A DNA stretch of 64,000 nucleotides, from positions 624 through 64,623 of the forward strand of contig CAZYGI010000005.1 of NCBI GenBank assembly GCA_964647255.1. The letters run 5' to 3'. The translations under genes and the position numbers were made by a program. Of this stretch, positions 16,926-26,478 are shown piece by piece (the stretch's first letter is position 1; every line of letters starts with the position of its first letter). This stretch comes from an uncultured Anaerolineales bacterium (GTDB lineage: Bacteria > Chloroflexota > Anaerolineae > CG2-30-64-16). Below the pieces are notes generated by a model. The model searched no databases. It was not told the origin of the DNA and worked only from the letters and a program-made list of their open reading frames with translations.

Positions 16926-18401
16926 ATGTCTCCGCTTTCCAACAAAGAGCGTATGCAGATCCCGCGGCACGAGATGCCGACGCAGGAGCCGGAGGTGCGC
17001 GCGGGCAATTTCGAGGAAGTCGCCCTGGGCTATGCCTGGGAAGACGCGCTGGCAGAGGCCGAGCGCTGCCTGCAATGCGCCAAGCCGCACTGCGTGGACG
17101 GCTGCCCGGTCGGCGTACAAATTCCGCAGTTCATCAAGGCGCTGCGTGACGGTGATCTGCCCGCCGCGGTGGCTGCGATGAAGGTGAAGAACAACCTGCC
17201 CGCGATCTGCGGCCGCGTGTGCCCGCAAGAGACACAGTGCGAGGCGAACTGCATCCTGGCGAAGCGGGGCCAGTCGGTCGCCATCGGCCGGCTGGAGCGT
17301 TACGTGGGCGACTACGCCCTGGCTGAGCAGCTTAAGCCCGAGCCGCCCGCCGCGCCGACGGGCCGCAAGGTCGCCGTGGTCGGCTCCGGCCCATCGGGCC
17401 TGACGTGTGCGGTGGACCTGGCGAAGCTGGGCCACAAGGTGACGATCTTCGAGTCGCTGCACGTGCCGGGCGGCGTGCTGGTCTACGGCATCCCGGAATT
17501 CCGCCTGCCGAAGAGCATCATCCGGGCCGAGATCCAGACCGCAGCCGACACCCTGGGCGTCGAGATCCGCACCGATCACGTCATCGGCAACACCTACACG
17601 CTGGACGAGCTGCTGAACGAGTACGACGCGGTCTTCATGGGCACCGGCGCGGGCCTGCCGAGCTTCATGCGCATCCCCGGCATCAACCTGAACGGCGTGA
17701 TGTCGGCCAATGAATTCCTGACCCGCGTCAACCTGATGAAGGGCTACCGCTTCCCCGAGTACGACACACCGGTGAAGGTGGGCCGCAAGGTAGCCGTCGT
17801 GGGCGCGGGCAACGTGGCGATGGACGCCGCGCGCAGCAGCCTGCGCCTGCAGATGCTGCAGGCGCACAAACCAGGTTTCTCGGAGAAACCTGGTTTGTCG
17901 CCGGGCGAGGTGCACATCGTCTACCGCCGCTCGCGCGACGAGGTGCCGGCCCGCGAGGAAGAGTTCCACCATGCCGTGGAAGAAGGCGTGATCTGCGATT
18001 TCCTCACCAACCCGGTGGCGATCCTGGGCGATGAGCAAGGCCGGGTGCGGGCGCTGCGCTGCATCCGCATGGCGCTCGGCGAGCCGGACGCGTCGGGCCG
18101 CCGCTCGCCGATCCCCATCGAAGGCTCTGAGTTCGAGATGGCGGTGGACACGGTGATCTTTGCGCTGGGCACCAGCCCGAACCCGATCGTTTTCAACCAG
18201 GCCGCGGGGCTCCAGCGCACCAAGCATGGCACCGTCGTGGCCGACGAGACGACCGGTCGCACCAAGAAGCCCGGCGTCTGGGCCGGCGGCGACGTGGTGA
18301 CCGGCGCAGCGACCGTGATCTCTGCGATGGGCGCCGGCAAGCGCGCCGCAGCGGATATCCATGCGTTTTTGATGGATGAGACGTTGTTCGATGTTGGATA
18401 G
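16926..18401 (+). CDS. nfnB: NfnB/GltD-type NADPH-dependent oxidoreductase subunit
   Basis: CLQCAKPHCVDGCP, KVAVVGSGPSGLTCA, VAVVGAGNVAMDAAR, GVWAGGDVVTGAATVI. Start moved to ATG 16926 (GGAG RBS). Confidence 0.85.
   Translation: MSPLSNKERMQIPRHEMPTQEPEVRAGNFEEVALGYAWEDALAEAERCLQCAKPHCVDGCPVGVQIPQFIKALRDGDLPAAVAAMKVKNNLPAICGRVCPQETQCEANCILAKRGQSVAIGRLERYVGDYALAEQLKPEPPAAPTGRKVAVVGSGPSGLTCAVDLAKLGHKVTIFESLHVPGGVLVYGIPEFRLPKSIIRAEIQTAADTLGVEIRTDHVIGNTYTLDELLNEYDAVFMGTGAGLPSFMRIPGINLNGVMSANEFLTRVNLMKGYRFPEYDTPVKVGRKVAVVGAGNVAMDAARSSLRLQMLQAHKPGFSEKPGLSPGEVHIVYRRSRDEVPAREEEFHHAVEEGVICDFLTNPVAILGDEQGRVRALRCIRMALGEPDASGRRSPIPIEGSEFEMAVDTVIFALGTSPNPIVFNQAAGLQRTKHGTVVADETTGRTKKPGVWAGGDVVTGAATVISAMGAGKRAAADIHAFLMDETLFDVG
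17867..17897. repeat. perfect 31-nt palindrome (15+1+15) in frame within nfnB
   Basis: CAAACCAGGTTTCTC G GAGAAACCTGGTTTG; encodes part of the QMLQAHKPGFSEKPGLSP insert. Confidence 0.95.
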
Positions 18402-18607
18402 AGATCAGGGATTGGAGATTGTTTCCTGGCACTACAACCGTATTTCGCGCTTGATATCATTCTGAGTGACCAGCGGGAGCGAAGAATGTCTTCCGCCCAC
18501 TGGATTTCTCAAACGACAGACGAGATTCTTCGTCGCTCCGCTCCTCAGAATGACAAGGCGTGGTTGTCGTACTGGCTATAATCCCTAATCCCTGATCCCC
18601 AATCTTT
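18402..18607. mobile_element. MITE-like non-coding cassette bounded by inverted GGGATTG-type heptamer arrays
   Basis: Left agatcagggattggagattg (18402-18422); right ataatccctaatccctgatccccaatct (18578-18607). Interior has atcattctgag / cctcagaatgac and gagcgaagaatgtc / gagattcttcgtcgctc inverted pairs. Confidence 0.5.
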
Positions 18608-18615
18608 CCGGAGAC

Positions 18616-20628
18616 TTGACCCTGACCACCTATACGGTCCATTTCTCTCCCGGTGGCAAAACCGTCACCGTCCCCGGCGGCTCCACGCTGTCGGAGGCGG
18701 CGCGGCTGGCCGGGTTTGACCTGAACCAGCCGTGCGGCGGGCAGGGGCGTTGCGGCCGGTGTGCAGTGATCGTGGACGATTCGCGCTCCTCGGTCCGCCG
18801 GCGCTCGACCATCCGCCTCGACCCGGACGACGTGGCTGCAGGCTATGCGCTGGCCTGCCAGACGGTGGTGGAGGGGGATAGCTGGGTCACGGTGCCGCCG
18901 CAGGAGGCTATCGAGCGACGGCTGGTCACACACAAGACCGCGGCGAAGGTCGAGGTCCCGTTCGATTACGATCCCCGGCGTCACCAGTCCGTCCGACGCT
19001 ACTTCCTGCGCCTCGACCCGCCCGATCTGGCCGATCAAACCGACGATTGGGCGCGCGTGACCCGCGCACTCGCGGCATTGGGCGTGCCGCGGCCCCAGGC
19101 GAGCCTGGACGTCTTGCGAGGTATGCCGAACATTCTGCGCGGGGAGAATTGCGCCGCCGCGCCGGAGCCGCCCGAAAAGAATATCTGGGACGAAGGGCCG
19201 GCGCCGTGGGAGGTGACTGCGGTCGTTGCGCTGGATAGCTGGGATCGACCCGATGGCCCGCCGCAACTGTTGGCGCTGCTGCCCGGCGATCAATCCGACC
19301 GCAACTTCGGCGCCGCGGTGGACATTGGCACCACAACGGTCTCGGTTTGGCTGGTGGACCTGGAAAGCGGCCAGGTGGTGGCGCAGGCCGCGGATTACAA
19401 CGGTCAGATCGCCCGCGGCGAGGATGTGATCTCCCGCATCATCTACGCCAAACGCGACGAGCGGCTGGTCGAGATGCAAGGACTGGTGGTCGGCACGATC
19501 AATCGGCTGCTGGAAGCCGCGTGCCGGCAGGTCGGTGCGAGCCCCGATGAGGTCTTCAAACTAGCCGTCGCGGGCAACACCACCATGACGCACCTGCTGC
19601 TGGCGATCCCGCCCGAATCCATCCGCCTGGCGCCTTACATCCCGGTCGTGAACCACATGCCGACCCTGACTGCGGGCATGCTGGGGCTGGCCGCGCATCC
19701 GCAAGCGATCGTGGACTGCCTGCCCGGCGTCGCCAGCTACGTCGGCGCAGACATCAGCGCGGGCGTGCTCTCCACCAGGATGGACGAAGCCGCCGAGCTG
19801 ACGCTGTTCATTGACGTGGGCACGAACGGCGAGACCGTGCTGGGCAACGCCGACTGGCTCGTCACTTGTGCGTGCTCGGCCGGCCCTGCGTTCGAGGGTG
19901 CGGGCGTCGAACACGGGATGCGCGCCACGACCGGCGCCATCGAAGAGGTGTGGATCAACGACGACACCCTGGAGCCGGCTTACCGCGTGATCGGCCGCGA
20001 GGGCGAGAGGCCCAAGGGGATCTGCGGCTCCGGCCTGCTGTCGCTCCTGGCCGAGATGTTCGTCACCGGCGTGGCCGACCGGGCAGGCAACCTGCGCGTG
20101 GGCGCGTCCCCGCGCATCCGCGAGGGCGAACACGGCCCTGAGTACGTGATCGCCTCGGCGGCGGAGACCGCGCACGGCCGCGACATTGCCATCACAAAGG
20201 TGGATGTGGACAACCTGATGCGCGCCAAGGCAGCCATCTACGCCGGCTTCACCGTGATGGCGCAGAGCGTCGGCGTGGATCTAGCCGACGTCTCGCAGAT
20301 GCTCATCGGCGGCTCGTTCGGCCAGTACATCAACGTGGAGAAGGCCGTGCAGATCGGCCTGCTCCCCGACCTGCCCGCGCCGCCGGGCAGCGCATCGCCG
20401 TGGGATCGCTTCCGTTTTCTGGGCAACACGTCCATCCGCGGCGCGTACATGGCGTTGCTGCGCCGCGACGTGCGGGCTCACCTGTCGGACATCGCGGGCA
20501 TGATGACCTATCTTGAGCTATCGGCCGATAACAGTTTCTACGATGCGTTTACCTCAGCCTTGTTCCTGCCGCACACCGACATCGGACAGTTTCCGTCGGT
20601 CGCAGCAGCGCTGAAGAAGGCGCGCTGA
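18616..20628 (+). CDS. acsV: corrinoid activation/regeneration protein (RACo; 2Fe-2S + ASKHA ATPase)
   Basis: N-terminal plant-type ferredoxin CGGQGRCGRCAV..LACQ; DIGTTTV and IDVGTNGE ASKHA phosphate motifs; TTG start. Confidence 0.85.
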   Translation: MTLTTYTVHFSPGGKTVTVPGGSTLSEAARLAGFDLNQPCGGQGRCGRCAVIVDDSRSSVRRRSTIRLDPDDVAAGYALACQTVVEGDSWVTVPPQEAIERRLVTHKTAAKVEVPFDYDPRRHQSVRRYFLRLDPPDLADQTDDWARVTRALAALGVPRPQASLDVLRGMPNILRGENCAAAPEPPEKNIWDEGPAPWEVTAVVALDSWDRPDGPPQLLALLPGDQSDRNFGAAVDIGTTTVSVWLVDLESGQVVAQAADYNGQIARGEDVISRIIYAKRDERLVEMQGLVVGTINRLLEAACRQVGASPDEVFKLAVAGNTTMTHLLLAIPPESIRLAPYIPVVNHMPTLTAGMLGLAAHPQAIVDCLPGVASYVGADISAGVLSTRMDEAAELTLFIDVGTNGETVLGNADWLVTCACSAGPAFEGAGVEHGMRATTGAIEEVWINDDTLEPAYRVIGREGERPKGICGSGLLSLLAEMFVTGVADRAGNLRVGASPRIREGEHGPEYVIASAAETAHGRDIAITKVDVDNLMRAKAAIYAGFTVMAQSVGVDLADVSQMLIGGSFGQYINVEKAVQIGLLPDLPAPPGSASPWDRFRFLGNTSIRGAYMALLRRDVRAHLSDIAGMMTYLELSADNSFYDAFTSALFLPHTDIGQFPSVAAALKKAR

Positions 20629-20639
20629 AGGAGGATTGC

Positions 20640-21227
20640 ATGGATACCACGAAGCCAACCGCAGGGGTCGAACAACTGATGCTCTACCGCCACCTGGTCA
20701 CCCTGCCGGACGGCCTGCGGGTTGTCTTGCGGCCGTTGTCCCCGAAGGATAAGGACTCGCTGATCGCCCTTTTCAGCAACCTGCCCGCGGAGGAAACCCA
20801 ATATTTCCGCAGCAACATCGCGGACCCGGATGTGGTGGCAAGGTGGGCCGAGCAGCCGAATTACGCCAACGTCTTTCCGCTGGTGGCTGTGGTCGGCGAC
20901 CGGATCGTCGGCAATTCGACCTTGCACCTGGGCAAGGGGTTCACCCGGCACACGGCCGAAATCCGCATCTTCCTGATCAAGGAGTTCCGGCGCCACGGCC
21001 TCGGCGCGGCCATGATCAAGGGTCAGCTTGAGATCGCACGCAAGCTGGGCCTGCACCAGGTGCTCGCCGAGGTCGTCGAAAGCCGGCCGCAGGTGATCCA
21101 CGCCTTCGAACGTCTTGGCTTCGAGCGCCAATTCGCCTTCAAAGACCTGTTCATGACTCCGGAGGGCGAGACGCTGGACATGGTCGTGCTGGTGAATTTC
21201 CTGAAGCGGCACGCGGAAGATTTTTGA
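20640..21227 (+). CDS. GNAT family N-acetyltransferase
   Basis: IKEFRRHGLGAAMI (R/QxxGxG/A) acetyl-CoA motif; 195 aa. Confidence 0.8.
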   Translation: MDTTKPTAGVEQLMLYRHLVTLPDGLRVVLRPLSPKDKDSLIALFSNLPAEETQYFRSNIADPDVVARWAEQPNYANVFPLVAVVGDRIVGNSTLHLGKGFTRHTAEIRIFLIKEFRRHGLGAAMIKGQLEIARKLGLHQVLAEVVESRPQVIHAFERLGFERQFAFKDLFMTPEGETLDMVVLVNFLKRHAEDF

Positions 21228-21238
21228 CGGAGTGATAG

Positions 21239-21997
21239 ATGACCATCACCATCGCCGTCGCCGGCAAGGGCGGCACAGGCAAGACCACCCTTTCCGGGCT
21301 GCTGGTTCGCTATTTGATTCAGAATCATCCCGGGAAGAAGATCCTGGCGATTGACGCCGATCCCAGCGCCAACCTCAACCTGGTGCTCGGCCTGCCGCTG
21401 ACGCAGACGGTCGGCGACATCCGTGAGGATGCGCGCACCGGAGTGGCGCCCGGCCAGTCGCGGCAGGATTGGCTCAGCTACGCCGTGCGCATGGCCGTCG
21501 AAGAAGGGGACGACTGCGACCTGCTGGCGATGGGCAGGCCGGAGGGGCAGGGCTGCTACTGCGCGGCTAACCACATGCTGCGCAGCATCATGGACGGCAT
21601 CAACGCGGGTTATGATTATGTCGTAATGGATAATGAGGCCGGCATGGAGCATCTGAGCCGGCGCACCACGCGCGACCTGGATCACCTGCTGCTGGTGAGC
21701 GACGCCAGCCTGCGCGGGATGGCCGCGGCCGAGGCGATGCTGGCGCTCAGCCGGGAGCTGGAGATCAGCATCCGCAACACCTACCTGGTGGTCAACCGCG
21801 TCATCGGCGAGATGCCCCCGGCGATCCGGGCCAAGGCCGAGGCGATGGGCGTCCCGCTGCTCGCCGCGGTCCCGTACGACGCACAGCTCGTCGAGTTCGA
21901 CGGCGCGGGCCGGCCGCTGGTCGAGCTGCCCCCGGACGCGGCAGTCAGCTTGGCCGTGGCGGAGATCGCGGAGAAGCTGTTGAACAACAGGGATTAA
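21239..21997 (+). CDS. cooC: CODH/ACS nickel-insertion ATPase
   Basis: AVAGKGGTGKTT P-loop, CYCAANHML Cys motif, MinD/ParA fold size. Confidence 0.88.
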   Translation: MTITIAVAGKGGTGKTTLSGLLVRYLIQNHPGKKILAIDADPSANLNLVLGLPLTQTVGDIREDARTGVAPGQSRQDWLSYAVRMAVEEGDDCDLLAMGRPEGQGCYCAANHMLRSIMDGINAGYDYVVMDNEAGMEHLSRRTTRDLDHLLLVSDASLRGMAAAEAMLALSRELEISIRNTYLVVNRVIGEMPPAIRAKAEAMGVPLLAAVPYDAQLVEFDGAGRPLVELPPDAAVSLAVAEIAEKLLNNRD

Positions 21998-22000
21998 TCC

Positions 22001-23026
22001 ATGCGTGCGATGATCCTCCCGGCCTTGTGCCGGCTCGACGAGAACCCGAAACCGCTCCAGCTCGCCGACCTGCCCGATCCTGAGCCGGGCCCCGGCGAGA
22101 TCCTGGTGCGCGTGGCGGCGTGCGGCGTGTGCCACACCGAGCTGGACGAAATCGAGGGCCGCACGCCCCCGCCGCGGCTGCCGGTGGTGCTGGGCCACCA
22201 GGTCGTGGGCCGGGTTGAGGCGTTGGGGCCAGGCGCGAGCTTATTTCCGGTGGGCGAGCGCGTGGGGGTGGCGTGGATCTTCTCAGCGTGTGGGCAGTGT
22301 GCGTATTGTCGTGCGGGCCAGGAGAACCTGTGCCCGGAGTTCCGGGCCACAGGCCGCGACGCGAACGGCGGCTATGCCGAGCTGATGGTCGTGCCGGAGC
22401 GTTTCGCCTACCGCATCCCCAACGCTTTCAGCGACGCGCAGGCCGCGCCGCTGCTCTGTGCGGGGGCCATCGGCTACCGATCGCTGCGGCTGAGCGGCTT
22501 GCGGGATGGACAAAACCTGGGCTTGACCGGCTTCGGCGCATCGGCGCATCTCGTGCTGAAGATGGCCCGGCATCGCTATCCGCACAGCCGGGTGTACGTA
22601 TTTTCCCGGACGGCCGCCGAGCAGTCCTTCGCCCTGGAATTGGGCGCGGCGTGGGCGGGCGACACGACGGAGGGCACGCCGGAACCGCTGCACTGCATCA
22701 TTGACACGACGCCGGTCTGGCGGCCCATCGTCGAGGCGCTGCGCAGCCTGGCGCCGGGCGGCCGGCTGGTGATCAACGCGATCCGCAAGGAAGATCACGA
22801 CAAGGAGGCTCTGCTGGGCCTCGACTACCCGGCGCACCTGTGGCAGGAACGGGAGATCAAGAGCGTTGCCAACGTGACGCGGGCCGACGTCAGCGAGTTC
22901 CTTGCCCTGGCGGCCGAGATCCCCATCGTGCCGGAGGTGCAGGAGTACGGGCTGGGGGATGCCAACCGGGCGCTCGTCGAGCTGAAGGCGCGACGGATCA
23001 GAGGGGCAAAAGTACTGCGAATGTGA
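22001..23026 (+). CDS. zinc-dependent alcohol dehydrogenase family protein
   Basis: CGVCHTELDEIEG catalytic Zn motif, CGQCAYCRAGQENLC structural Zn motif, GFGASAHL Rossmann. Confidence 0.82.
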   Translation: MRAMILPALCRLDENPKPLQLADLPDPEPGPGEILVRVAACGVCHTELDEIEGRTPPPRLPVVLGHQVVGRVEALGPGASLFPVGERVGVAWIFSACGQCAYCRAGQENLCPEFRATGRDANGGYAELMVVPERFAYRIPNAFSDAQAAPLLCAGAIGYRSLRLSGLRDGQNLGLTGFGASAHLVLKMARHRYPHSRVYVFSRTAAEQSFALELGAAWAGDTTEGTPEPLHCIIDTTPVWRPIVEALRSLAPGGRLVINAIRKEDHDKEALLGLDYPAHLWQEREIKSVANVTRADVSEFLALAAEIPIVPEVQEYGLGDANRALVELKARRIRGAKVLRM

Positions 23027-23166
23027 CTGTTCGACCGTAGTGGAGCACCCTTTATCTGGAGCCGCATCCTTCGACTACACCCCCGCGAACAGATGCGGGG
23101 CTCCGCTCAGGATGCTCGCTTCGGGGATGCGAAGCAGGATGTGACACTCAACCCAGGAGCATGTTC

Positions 23167-23949
23167 ATGCAACAGGAGCTTTACCAGACCATCACGACCC
23201 TCCTCTCCAGCACCGACCCGAACGAGATTCGCGGCGGGCTGGCGCTGGTCAAGTCGCAACTGCCCTCGCTGGGCGAGGAGGAGGGCTGCGCGCTGTTGGA
23301 AATGATTTCCGCGCTGTTCTACATTGACCCGCTCGACCTGCCGGGTCATGTCCCGGTGATCGAGGACGCGATCACGCTGGTTGGCGGCATGGGCACCTGG
23401 GCCATCCCGCCCCTGCTCAAGGAGTTGGGGGAAGGGGATGTCAAGGCCCAGATGGCGATCGCCCAGGCATTGGGGCAAATGGGCACGCCGGCCATCGAGG
23501 CGTTGCTCTTCGAATACAACGCCTGTCCCGAACCCGCGTGCCAGAACTTCATCCTGTACGCGATGGGAAAAGTCAAATCGTCGGAAGTGATCAAGGCGGT
23601 GCCGCTGGCGCTAGAGGCCGCCGCGTCCATAGATCAAGAGATGCGCGACACCGCCACCCGCGCCCTGGGCAAGTTTGCCGAATCCATCCCAGCGGGCAAC
23701 CTGACCGGCGATCTGCGCACTGCGGTGATCGAGCGCCTGCGCAAGAACATGGCAGACCTGAATCCGGCGCTGCGTGCAAAGGCCGTGCGCAGCCTGGGCA
23801 AGCTGGCCAAGCACGGACACATGACCGGCCGCGAACGCTGGGAGCTCGCCGCCGCGCTGCGCCGCATCCTGGGCCAGGACGAAGCCTACGAATGGGATCG
23901 CGCTTACGTGGTGCGCAAGGAAGCGAAAGAAGCGCTTGCGTATACCTGA
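23167..23949 (+). CDS. HEAT-repeat protein
   Basis: Repeated ~30-aa units with AxxALGxxG (AQALGQMGTPAIEAL, ATRALGKFAE, AVRSLGKLAK). Second ATG chosen for RBS spacing. Confidence 0.7.
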   Translation: MQQELYQTITTLLSSTDPNEIRGGLALVKSQLPSLGEEEGCALLEMISALFYIDPLDLPGHVPVIEDAITLVGGMGTWAIPPLLKELGEGDVKAQMAIAQALGQMGTPAIEALLFEYNACPEPACQNFILYAMGKVKSSEVIKAVPLALEAAASIDQEMRDTATRALGKFAESIPAGNLTGDLRTAVIERLRKNMADLNPALRAKAVRSLGKLAKHGHMTGRERWELAAALRRILGQDEAYEWDRAYVVRKEAKEALAYT

Positions 23950-24007
23950 TTTCACGCCTCCCCCCTGCCAGGGGAACGTCGCGTCCGCATAAGGAGGAGA
24001 TTATCCC

Positions 24008-24919
24008 ATGAAAATCATCGGCGAAAACATCCACATTCTGTCACCGCGGGTCAAGGAAGCCCTAGCGAATCGAGACCGCGTCTTTTTTCAGGAATCGGCC
24101 CTGAAGCAGGTGGCGGCCGGCGCGTGGGCCGTAGACCTGAACATCGGCCCGCAGAAGAAGTTGGGCCACGAGATCTTGCCCTGGCTCGTTGAGGCTGTGC
24201 AGGAAGTCGTGGACGTCCCGCTGTGCCTGGACACCACCAACCTGGGCGCCATCGAGGCTGCCTGCGAGATCGTCAAGCGCCAGCCGATCATCAACTCGAC
24301 CTCGGCCGAGGCCGAGCGGCTGGAGAAAGTGCCGCTGGTCGCCGCGAAATACCACACCAAACTGATCGGTCTCACCATGGAGGCCGAGGGCATCCCGGTG
24401 GCGGCCGAGGCGCGCGTCAACATCGCGCTGGAAAAACTGATCCCGCGCGCCGAAGAAGTTGGGCTACCGCTGGAGGATCTGATGGTTGATCCCCTCGTGT
24501 TGACGGTCAGTGGCTGCCAGCAGTACGTGCCGGAGTGCATCGAGGCCGTCCGCATTCTGAAGGTGACGGGCGCGGGCGTGCAGGTGGGACTGAGCAACGT
24601 CTCCAACGCAGTGCCCAACGAGATGCGGCCGCTGATCAACCGCGTCTATTGCGTCATGCTGATGGGCGCCGGACTCGACACCATGATCGCCGACCCGCTG
24701 GACAAGAAGCAGAACGATTTCATCCGCATCGTTGAAGAACGGGATGACAGCACTCCGGTGGGCCGGCTGCTCGTCGCTCTGTATGATGCCGTCGCCGCCC
24801 AGGAAGAGTTGAGCCTCGATGCGGTGGATATGAGCGACCCCGAACAGGCCGATATCTGGAAGACGGTGCAGATCTTGCTCAACAAAGTAATCTACGCGGA
24901 TTCATATCTGAGGGTTTAG
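24008..24919 (+). CDS. acsE: methyltetrahydrofolate:corrinoid/Fe-S protein Co-methyltransferase
   Basis: MKIIGENIH..DLNIGP..LCLDTTN..INSTSAE..GLSNVS..RPLINR, collinear with Moorella AcsE as I remember it. Confidence 0.9.
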   Translation: MKIIGENIHILSPRVKEALANRDRVFFQESALKQVAAGAWAVDLNIGPQKKLGHEILPWLVEAVQEVVDVPLCLDTTNLGAIEAACEIVKRQPIINSTSAEAERLEKVPLVAAKYHTKLIGLTMEAEGIPVAAEARVNIALEKLIPRAEEVGLPLEDLMVDPLVLTVSGCQQYVPECIEAVRILKVTGAGVQVGLSNVSNAVPNEMRPLINRVYCVMLMGAGLDTMIADPLDKKQNDFIRIVEERDDSTPVGRLLVALYDAVAAQEELSLDAVDMSDPEQADIWKTVQILLNKVIYADSYLRV

Positions 24920-24995
24920 GGGGCAGGGATCGGGGGTTAGGGGCCAGGTTCCCACTTCCTGAGTCCCCAACCCCTGGCCCCTTACTCTCAATCCC
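24920..24995. repeat. heptamer arrays in inverted halves (GGGNNAG x4 / NNCCCCT x4), no cargo
   Basis: ggggcag ggatcgg gggttag gggccag ... agtcccc aacccct ggcccct. Confidence 0.75.
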
Positions 24996-25016
24996 TCGTC
25001 GCGCAAGGAGGCGCAC

Positions 25017-26381
25017 ATGCAACGGGTCAAGGAAGCCCCCAATATCCCGGAATTGTTGGCCAAGGCGCAGAAGCCTTCGGCGGATGCGATGAAACTCCAT
25101 CCCTTCTACCGCGGGAAGATCGAAACGGTCCCCAAGTCGTGCATCCGCTCGCTGGATGATTTCGCGATCTGGTATACGCCCGGCGTTGCCGCCCCCTGTC
25201 GCGCCATCCAGAAGGACCCCGAACTGGTCTACGAGCACACGAACAAGTGGAACACCGTTGCGGTCATCTCTGATGGCACGCGCGTCCTCGGGCTGGGTGA
25301 CATCGGTCCGAAGGCCGGCCTGCCCGTGATGGAGGGCAAGGCGCTGCTCTTCAAGTGGCTGGGCGGCGTGGATGCCGTGCCGATCATGCTCGACACGAAA
25401 GACCCGGACGAGATCATCCACACCACACTCCTACTCCAACCGTCCTTCGGCGGGGTCAACCTGGAGGACCTCTCCCAGCCCAAGTGCTTCCGCATCCTCG
25501 ACACCTTGCGCGAGAAGGCGGAGATCCCGATGTGGCATGATGACCAGCAAGGGACGGCGTGCGTCACGGTGGCGGGGCTGCTCAACGCGCTGAAGATCGT
25601 CAAGAAGCCGATCGGCGACGTCAAAGTCGTCTTCATCGGCTCCGGCGCATCGAACGTGGCCATCACCCGGCTCTGCTTCAAGGCCGGCGTAGACCCGGCG
25701 AAGTGCATGGTGGTGGACAGCCAAGGCATTTTGAACCGCGACCGGCAGGACATCTTTATGCGCCGCGCGGAATACGTGGACAAGTGGCGGCTGTGCCAGA
25801 TCACCAACGCGGAGGGGCGCAAGGGCGGGATCGCCGAGGCGCTGGCCGGCGCCGACGCCGTAATCGCGCTGAGCAAACCCGGCCCGGGCACCCTCCTGCC
25901 CGAATGGATCAGCGCCATGGCCGAGGATGCTATCGTTTTCGCCTGCGCCAACCCGGTGCCGGAGATCTGGCCCTGGGAGGCGAGCGCGGCCGGCGCAGCC
26001 ATCGTCGCCACCGGCCGATCGGACTTCGCGAACCAGGTCAACAACTCACTGGGTTTCCCCGGCATCTTTCGCGGCGCGCTGGACGTGCGGGCGCGCACCA
26101 TCACCGACGAGATGTGTATCGCGGCCGCCCAGGCGCTGGCCGACGCCGCCCCTGACGGCGGCCTGAATCCCGACTGCATCCTGCCGACCATGATCGAGTG
26201 GGAGGTCTACGCCAAGGAGGCCGTGGCCGTCGGCATGAAAGCGCAGGAACAGGGGATCGCCCGGCTGAGCTTCACCGCAGATGCGCTCTTCCAGAACGCC
26301 GCCAGCATGATCCAGCGCTCGCGGCGACTGACCGAGGTGATGATGGAGACGGGGCTGATCGAGGAGCCGCCGGCAGAGTAG
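25017..26381 (+). CDS. NAD(P)-dependent malic enzyme (no PTA domain)
   Basis: YTPGVAAPC, VISDGTRVLGLGDIG, MEGKALLFK, NLEDLSQPKCF, FIGSGASNVA. Confidence 0.88.
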   Translation: MQRVKEAPNIPELLAKAQKPSADAMKLHPFYRGKIETVPKSCIRSLDDFAIWYTPGVAAPCRAIQKDPELVYEHTNKWNTVAVISDGTRVLGLGDIGPKAGLPVMEGKALLFKWLGGVDAVPIMLDTKDPDEIIHTTLLLQPSFGGVNLEDLSQPKCFRILDTLREKAEIPMWHDDQQGTACVTVAGLLNALKIVKKPIGDVKVVFIGSGASNVAITRLCFKAGVDPAKCMVVDSQGILNRDRQDIFMRRAEYVDKWRLCQITNAEGRKGGIAEALAGADAVIALSKPGPGTLLPEWISAMAEDAIVFACANPVPEIWPWEASAAGAAIVATGRSDFANQVNNSLGFPGIFRGALDVRARTITDEMCIAAAQALADAAPDGGLNPDCILPTMIEWEVYAKEAVAVGMKAQEQGIARLSFTADALFQNAASMIQRSRRLTEVMMETGLIEEPPAE

Positions 26382-26478
26382 ACAAGCAGACACGGAAAAC
26401 ATGGACCAGGAACCGGGGCACACTCCCTCGGCTCCTCGTCTCCTTGTTTCCTTGTTTCCTATCACAAGGAGCCACACC

